A stretch of DNA of 23,050 bases from an uncultured bacterium. GTDB taxonomy: Bacteria; Caldisericota; Caldisericia; B22-G15. Below, in pieces: positions 17,143 through 23,050 of this stretch (position 1 is the first letter of the stretch; the number at the start of each line of letters is the position of its first letter). Location: positions 1-23,050 of the forward strand of contig CBFDTJ010000017.1 of NCBI GenBank assembly GCA_965612865.1. The letters run 5' to 3'. Under the pieces are notes generated by a model. The model had not been told where the DNA came from. It searched no databases and was given only the letters and a program-made list of their open reading frames with translations. The translations under genes and the position numbers were made by a program.

Positions 17143-18610
17143 ATCACCAAGAGTTGTACCTTTATCAATGGCTTTACTGGTGTTTTTATACACCCTTGTT
17201 GACAAGCCATTTCTCTATGCTATATCTATCTTGCCTCTGTTCCTCCTTCTTACGGAGGATAAAAGAAAGCTCTCCATATTTTCAGCTTTAGTGTTTGTCC
17301 TCTGTTTCTCTTTAATCCTGTACGGAATTCCCTTAAATTCTCTTGCCAATTTTTCTCTCATTCTATTATTTACACTTCTTACCATAATTCTTTTGATCTC
17401 GATTAATTCGTACTTCCCTGCAGCACTCTCAATAGTGTTTCTATCAGTGGCAATGTACCTTTCAGAAACGGCGGGCAGGTTCAACATATACATTGGTTTT
17501 CTTGGCTTTATCACTATTTTATTTTCTCTCTTTATAGAGAATATAAGAGAGAAAAATCTTTCCCTGTGGGAAAATAGATTTCTAATAAGAAAGGAGTATA
17601 AGAAGGGTATAATCATTCTGTTTGTGCTTCTAATTACCGTCTCTCCTCTGTTTCTGGTTCTACCACAGATAAAAAGTATACCTATTCCCGAATCCCTTTT
17701 AACCATGACTCCTAAAAGTAAGTCAGGTGAAAATCCAGTCTATGAAGTTTCCCCCCTCGAGGGTGAAGAAGAGATAAAACCATCCATTCCCAGAATATCC
17801 ATCGGGGAAATGGCAAGGAAAGTTCTCTCCTTTGTTCTTAACTACATATATGTAATCTCTCTCTTTGGCCTTATTATCTTTCTTGTTTTAATACTGATTC
17901 TTCTATATAAGAACATAAAAAATACGGTGGGGAGGAAAAAAGCTCTGGTTGTTTTTGTTGCTTCTACCATGGGGTCTTTTGGGTTGTTTATACTTCTGTA
18001 TCTATCCTATATTCCATTTACAAAGCTTGTTAGGTTTATATCGAAGCTCTCGAGGAGGGGAAGCAGCGGAAGTACAGGTATTACAATTGGATTCTCGAGG
18101 TATATAAATAGATTTTTAAAGGGTACTGGAATACCTGAGATCAAATCAACATCCATTGATATCTTTGTGGTAACTTCAATAGTCATAGTATCTATTCTTG
18201 CCTCTATAATGATAATAATCTTCATTCTTCACCTGTACAAAGAAACCTTTGGAGAAAAGAGCGCAAGAAAAAGCGCTGCAGCTGATGAATTCAGGGTGAC
18301 TCCGTCAGGGGAGGCAGAGGAGAGTCTATCAGGTAATCCAAGAGAAAGAATAATTAAACTCTACAAATTACTTATACATAAGTTAAGGGTGATTGTTGGA
18401 AAAAATCTCTATGAAACCCCTCTGGAATACAAGGAGAAGGTGCTTAAAGAAAAACCCATCATCTCAAAAGAGATGGAATTAATTACAGAAAATTTTGTCA
18501 TTTCCAGATATTCAAACTATAATATAGATGAAGGAATGTGGAAATCTACTATAAAAGCTTTTGTAAATATAAAGAAAAAGCTGTTTAAGGAGGTAATAAA
18601 TGGAGGATAA
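17111..18610 (+). CDS. Polytopic membrane protein with C-terminal DUF4129-like domain
   Basis: Many hydrophobic segments; C-terminal IIKLY...ETPLEY...LITENFVISRYS matches the DUF4129 pattern; third gene of a MoxR-DUF58 cluster. The exact start is uncertain. Confidence 0.65.
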   Translation: MIPLKDSLISKSPRVVPLSMALLVFLYTLVDKPFLYAISILPLFLLLTEDKRKLSIFSALVFVLCFSLILYGIPLNSLANFSLILLFTLLTIILLISINSYFPAALSIVFLSVAMYLSETAGRFNIYIGFLGFITILFSLFIENIREKNLSLWENRFLIRKEYKKGIIILFVLLITVSPLFLVLPQIKSIPIPESLLTMTPKSKSGENPVYEVSPLEGEEEIKPSIPRISIGEMARKVLSFVLNYIYVISLFGLIIFLVLILILLYKNIKNTVGRKKALVVFVASTMGSFGLFILLYLSYIPFTKLVRFISKLSRRGSSGSTGITIGFSRYINRFLKGTGIPEIKSTSIDIFVVTSIVIVSILASIMIIIFILHLYKETFGEKSARKSAAADEFRVTPSGEAEESLSGNPRERIIKLYKLLIHKLRVIVGKNLYETPLEYKEKVLKEKPIISKEMELITENFVISRYSNYNIDEGMWKSTIKAFVNIKKKLFKEVINGG

Positions 18611-19433
18611 ATTTAAATCAGCAGAGAGACCTGAGACAGGTGAGGGAAAACAATATCATATTGATTTAAAACCAGGGGATCTGGCTCCTTATGTACTAAC
18701 ACCAGGAGACCCCGGGAGGGTCGATAGAATTCTAAAGACATGGGATGAGGGAAAAATAATGGCTTTTCACAGAGAGTACAAATCTGCCACTGGAAAATAC
18801 AAGGGTGTCCCCATATCAGCACTATCCACTGGAATTGGTGGCCCATCTCTTGCCATAGCAATAGAAGAGGCTGCAAGAATTGGTGCACATACATTTATAA
18901 GGGTGGGAACCACAGGTGCTATTCAGGAAGGAATTGGGCTTGGAGATATAATAATCGACCAAGCAGCAGTAAGACTTGAAGGAACAACTCACCAATATGT
19001 TAGGGGGGAGTATCCAGCCTTTGCCTCATACGAAGTAACCCTCGCCCTAATTCAAGCAGCAGAGGAGCTCGGCTTTAGATACCATCTTGGTATCACAGCT
19101 TCCACAGACTCCTTCTATGTAGGTCAGGGAAGACCGGGAATGAATGGATACATTCCATCCTTTGCTAAAGATATATATCATGATATGAAGGCAGCAAATG
19201 TCACAAATTTTGAAATGGAAGCATCAACACTTTTCGTGCTTTCCTCAATATACAAATTGAGGGCAGGAGCTGTGTGTGTAGTTATAGCCAATAGAGTAAC
19301 CAATGAGTTTGCATATGTGGGAGAGGAGAGAGCAATACAGGTTGCCAACCTTGCAGTGAAAATACTCACCCGGTGGGACGAAATAAAAAAGAAAAAGGGC
19401 AAAAAACTTTTTTATCCATCACTTTTAGGATGA
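18600..19433 (+). CDS. udp: Uridine phosphorylase (PNP/UDP family 1 nucleoside phosphorylase)
   Basis: QYHI, PGDPGR, REY, STGIGGPS, IRVGTTG, RLEGT, DSFYVGQGR and NFEMEAS; SD AAGGAGG. Confidence 0.88.
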   Translation: MEDKFKSAERPETGEGKQYHIDLKPGDLAPYVLTPGDPGRVDRILKTWDEGKIMAFHREYKSATGKYKGVPISALSTGIGGPSLAIAIEEAARIGAHTFIRVGTTGAIQEGIGLGDIIIDQAAVRLEGTTHQYVRGEYPAFASYEVTLALIQAAEELGFRYHLGITASTDSFYVGQGRPGMNGYIPSFAKDIYHDMKAANVTNFEMEASTLFVLSSIYKLRAGAVCVVIANRVTNEFAYVGEERAIQVANLAVKILTRWDEIKKKKGKKLFYPSLLG

Positions 19434-20737
19434 ATCTCAGAAGAAAGAGTAGTTTCTCTTTCAAGTCCATTCATAAGAGAAAGGTATCTTTCCCTTGTAA
19501 GTAGTGGTGTAAAACTATCCAGTATCTTCTTTGCATTTTTTGCACCATCATAAAGAAGATCAATTAGTGTCATGGCTATAACCTTTGCTGGAATTATAAG
19601 AGCCATCTCTTCGTCCACCATCTTAAAGTTATCTCCGTGAAAATCCCCGGAAAACCCGGAAAAAGAGGGATGTATAACAGGTATAAGATGAGAAACATCT
19701 CCCATATCAGTAGATGCACCGCTAAAATCTCTTTCTTTAACCTCAATTCCAAATTCCTCTGCATTCTTTTTGAAAATCTCTGAGAGACAATCATTCTGAA
19801 TAAGTGGAAGATAACCGGGAATGGTTTTTATAGTTACATCACCATTAAGAGCATAGGAGGATCCAACAATTGCTCTATCCACAAGTTTATCCACGGATAA
19901 GATTGCATCAATACTTGAACCTCTTACATACATCTCCATACGAACATCATCAGGGATAATATTCACGCTGTCTCCCCCTTTTGTACTTATATAGTGAACT
20001 CTTATGTGTTCTTTATCCTTAAATCTTTCCCTGAGCATATTTATTGCATTTATGGAGAGGGTCATTATGTGAAGAGCATTTACTCCCTTCTCTGGCTCTG
20101 CTCCTGCGTGAGATGGTTTTCCTTTAAACTTTATCATCTTGGATATAAAGCCATTGGTTCTGTATCTTATAGTGAAGTATCTTCCGCTGTAGGATGAATC
20201 ACCGTGTGCCATTATACCAATATGAACATCTTTTATAACTCCTTCTCTTATCATCTCCTGCTTTCCACCAAAAAATCTTATTTTCCCCTCATTTTTTAGT
20301 TTCTCTCTGAACGAGAGATCTATAAACTCTTCAGCAGGGGTTCCAAAGAGAAAGATGTTTCCAGAAAGATGCTCCTTAATTCTGTTAATACCCAGAGCAA
20401 CTCCCAGAAGATAACCAATCTGTGCAAAATGTCCGCATGCGTGAACAAGTCCATTCTTGCTGTCTGGATGTGAAGGATTAAAAAGGGCATCCATCTCTGA
20501 AAAGATTCCTATGTTTATATCACCTTTTCCTGATATTTTTCCTTTTATCCCTGTTATGGAAAATTCCTCATAGGGTATGTTTTCCTTTGCAAAGAAACTC
20601 TTTAGCTTCTCTTTTGTCTTAAACTCCCTGAAACCCTCCTCAGGCTCCTCGTATATGCTTCTACAAAGGGAAACTATCTCCTCTTTTCTTCTCTCAATTT
20701 CATCAAGGACTATTTTCTTAAGCTCACTCTTTTCCAT
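19412..20737 (-). CDS. M20-family amidohydrolase (ACY1L2/AbgB-like)
   Basis: PEEGFRE, EMDAL, HACGH, PAEE, GGKQ, GKPSHAG..PEKGVNAL and STDMGDVS; overlaps udp convergently by 22 nt. Confidence 0.88.
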   Translation of the reverse strand: MEKSELKKIVLDEIERRKEEIVSLCRSIYEEPEEGFREFKTKEKLKSFFAKENIPYEEFSITGIKGKISGKGDINIGIFSEMDALFNPSHPDSKNGLVHACGHFAQIGYLLGVALGINRIKEHLSGNIFLFGTPAEEFIDLSFREKLKNEGKIRFFGGKQEMIREGVIKDVHIGIMAHGDSSYSGRYFTIRYRTNGFISKMIKFKGKPSHAGAEPEKGVNALHIMTLSINAINMLRERFKDKEHIRVHYISTKGGDSVNIIPDDVRMEMYVRGSSIDAILSVDKLVDRAIVGSSYALNGDVTIKTIPGYLPLIQNDCLSEIFKKNAEEFGIEVKERDFSGASTDMGDVSHLIPVIHPSFSGFSGDFHGDNFKMVDEEMALIIPAKVIAMTLIDLLYDGAKNAKKILDSFTPLLTRERYLSLMNGLERETTLSSEIHPKSDG

Positions 20738-20781
20738 ACAAGAATTTTATCAGATTTAAACCATACTGATATAATTTAATT
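20738..20781. promoter_or_regulatory. Symmetric bidirectional promoter with two extended -10 boxes, both probably leaderless
   Basis: Plus strand: TGATATAAT (20767-20775), 6 nt, ATG 20782. Minus strand: TGATAAAAT (20752-20744), 6 nt, ATG 20737. No SD on either side. Confidence 0.7.
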
Positions 20782-21522
20782 ATGGCAATTCTTGAGGTGA
20801 GGAACTTAAAAAAATCGTTTGGTAAAAAGATGGTTCTTAAGGGGATTAGTTTCCATATCAACGAAGGAGAGGTATATGGACTTTTAGGACCCAATGGCGC
20901 TGGTAAAAGCACAACTTTGAAGATAATAACAGGAATTATACCCTCTGATTCTGGAAAGATTATTGTTTGTGGATCGGAAGTAAAGGAGAATGACATAGAG
21001 TATAAGAGAAAAATTGGCTTCCTTCCAGAGCAGCCCTATCTGTACCCTTATCTAACTGGAATGGAATTTTTAATATTTGTGAAGAAGGTTTTTGGGAGAG
21101 GGGATATTGAAAAGTGGGTCTCCTACTTTGAGATGGAAGATTACATGGATACCCTTATAAAGAATTATTCACATGGATTGAAACAGAGACTCATCCTTAC
21201 CTCTATTTTTATGCGCTCTCCAAAAATATACCTCTTTGATGAACCTACTGTGGGTTTGGATCCTTTAACTATAAAAAAGCTTAAAGATGGAATAGAGATG
21301 GAGACAGAAAAAGGGAAAGGGTTTTTACTCTCAACACACCTTCTTCCCAATGTAGAGGAGGTAGCAGATAGAGTTGGAATAATAACTGAGGGAAGAATTG
21401 TTATGGAGGAAAGCGTTTCTTTTATAAGGGATAAGATGAAGAAAAAACTTGAAGATATATATTTTGAGGTTACAAGGAATGGATCCCCTGATATTCCTTT
21501 ACACGAAGATAAAAAAGAATGA
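20782..21522 (+). CDS. ABC-2/exporter-type ABC transporter ATP-binding protein
   Basis: GPNGAGKST, IGFLPE, YSHGLKQRL, LFDEPTVGLDP and LSTH motifs. Confidence 0.92.
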   Translation: MAILEVRNLKKSFGKKMVLKGISFHINEGEVYGLLGPNGAGKSTTLKIITGIIPSDSGKIIVCGSEVKENDIEYKRKIGFLPEQPYLYPYLTGMEFLIFVKKVFGRGDIEKWVSYFEMEDYMDTLIKNYSHGLKQRLILTSIFMRSPKIYLFDEPTVGLDPLTIKKLKDGIEMETEKGKGFLLSTHLLPNVEEVADRVGIITEGRIVMEESVSFIRDKMKKKLEDIYFEVTRNGSPDIPLHEDKKE

Positions 21523-22981
21523 GTTTCTTTTAAAAATAAAGGAGAGGATAATCCTCTTATTAATATACATCCTTTTCTTTATAGGACTATTTTATGGCTC
21601 AAAATACCTGTTCAACAAAGTTATATCTATTCCTGTTTTCGGAGAAATACTGCTTTCAAGAATTATAAACCTGACCTTCCTTATGTTCATGGTGCTGATA
21701 CTTTTTTCATCACTCTTTCTCTCCATTGAGTTTTTCTACTCATCTAAGGATGTAGAACTTCTCTCCTCCTATCCACTTAAACCCTTTTCTATATATTCAA
21801 AAACCATATTTGAAATTACCATCTCTTCATCACAGACATCAATTCTTTTCCTGCTCCCAATAATTCTCTCCCTTGCTTCATACTTTAACTACCCTTTCTA
21901 TATATTTCTCTTCCCATTTTTTCTATTTCTTTTCTTCCTCCTTGTATCTACCATTTCTACAACAATATCTCACATAATACTGAAGATAACTCCAAGAGAA
22001 AAGGTAAGAAATTTCCTCATAATTCTATTTATAACTATTTTCTCCCTGCTCTATCTTATGCTCGTATTTTTTAAACCGGTGGCTCTCTACAGAGTAAATT
22101 TCAAAGATATACTTTTAAACTACCTTCTTAAATTAAAAATGAGGGAAATCTCTATTCTTCCATCAACATGGATCTCCAACCTTCTCATTTACTCTCTTTT
22201 AAGGAAGCCGAAAGAAATCTCCATTGAAGCCACAAAGCTTTTATTCTTTTCCCTGATTTTTTATCTTTTATCATTAAAACTTACAGAAAAACTCCTTAAG
22301 AGAAATCTCTACAAAGGCACCGGGATAGAGCGAGGAAGGAGTGTAAGAAACCTATTTATTTCAAGATTATTTAAAGCTGTCAAAGGAGAGATAATAAAAA
22401 AAGACCTTCTCCTTCTTATCAGAACCCCATCTGAATGGTCAGAGGTAATTTTGATTTTAGCTCTGGTTCTCGTTTACATAGCAAATTTCTCAAAACTTTC
22501 CCTTCTTCCCTACTTTAAGCCTATCTTCTCTCAGTTTAACTTCCTTTTGATATCCTTTATACTTTCTTCTCTTTCCCTTCGCTTTCCTTACATCCAGATA
22601 AGTAAGGAAGGAAAGGGGTTTCTTCTACTAAAATCTTTTCCAATAAATCTAAAAGAGTTCATGCTATCCAAGGTTTACCTCTACTCAATGTTTTTAATTC
22701 CCCTGGCAGGGTTACTGAACTTTTTTGTGAACTACCTTGGAGGCATAGAGACCATTAAAACGGTGGGATTTACCTCTGTCTCCTGCCTCAATACTCTGGA
22801 ACTTATTTTTCTGTCTGTTGGGTTTGGCTCACTTTACATAAAACCAGATGCTACCTCTTATGGAGAAATACTTTCGAGTGCTGGGAGTATAATTTATATG
22901 GTTGCGTCAATGGTAATCTCGGGAATAAATCTTTTTGCAATCTCTCTTCTTTCCAAAAATCCATTATCTCTTATCTTCCTC
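21479..22981 (+). CDS. Putative ABC exporter permease subunit, 3' end truncated by adapter
   Basis: Missing from the ORF track because the frame stays open into the adapter. Manual translation: MDPLIFLYTKIKKNEFLLKIKERIILLLIYILFFIGLFYG...FYSSKDVELLSSYPL...KKDLLLLIRTPSEW...ISKEGKGFLLLKSFPI. Highly hydrophobic and overlaps the ATPase end. The frame was spot-checked, not translated codon by codon. Confidence 0.8.
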
Positions 22982-23050
22982 CTGTCTCTTATACACATCT
23001 CCGAGCCCACGAGACTAGGCATGATCTCGTATGCCGTCTTCTGCTTGAAA
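22982..23050 (+). other. Nextera mosaic end + read-2 sequence + i7 index TAGGCATG + P7 reverse complement (sequencing artefact)
   Basis: CTGTCTCTTATACACATCT (22982-23000), CCGAGCCCACGAGAC (23001-23015), TAGGCATG (23016-23023, Nextera index 706), ATCTCGTATGCCGTCTTCTGCTTG (23024-23047), then an A run. Confidence 0.99.

Noticed and set aside
19646..19663. Short tandem repeat CCCGGAAAA x2
   Set aside because: It encodes FSG-FSG within the M20 gene; only two copies, with no array structure.
1491..21350. Numerous 60-163 aa antisense or alternate-frame ORFs in the track
   Set aside because: All lie largely within well-supported genes and show no recognisable family motifs; they are expected shadows.
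70..22981. CRISPR arrays, tRNA/rRNA genes, integrases or IS elements
   Set aside because: None seen; intergenic gaps are at most about 165 nt and contain no spaced repeats or cloverleaf-like sequence.
51..23000. 19-bp inverted repeats (Tn5 mosaic ends) flanking the whole window, resembling a composite transposon
   Set aside because: They are embedded in Illumina P5/P7 and index sequences, so they are library adapters; no transposase is present.

Overview
A bacterial contig from a low-GC organism whose proteins are rich in Lys, Glu and Ile, as in thermophiles. Untrimmed Illumina Nextera adapters sit at both ends (1-69 and 22982-23050), so both terminal genes are artificially truncated. The first ~9.4 kb is a self-contained module. 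A GntR/FadR-family regulator is divergent from a perfect TTGACA-16-TATAAT promoter with a palindromic operator candidate. That promoter drives archaeal-type HMG-CoA synthase, archaeal-type thiolase, the DUF35 scaffold, an NAD(H)-type class II HMG-CoA reductase and a complete LivKHMGF-type ABC importer. No mevalonate kinase, decarboxylase or HMG-CoA lyase is present in the window. This apparently ligand-regulated 'upper mevalonate + importer' operon is the most unusual system here. The rest looks like host core genome: PolX-PHP, an EamA transporter, a minimal divergent FtsY, a translationally coupled operon (aminotransferase, Clp-fold SDH protease, MoxR, DUF58, DUF4129-like membrane protein, uridine phosphorylase), an M20 amidohydrolase, and an ABC ATPase/permease pair. 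Several core genes share a -10 hexamer placed 6 nt before ATG with no Shine-Dalgarno, suggesting leaderless mRNAs. Two divergent gene pairs use the same compact bidirectional promoter geometry. All product calls come from motif recognition; no database searches were run.
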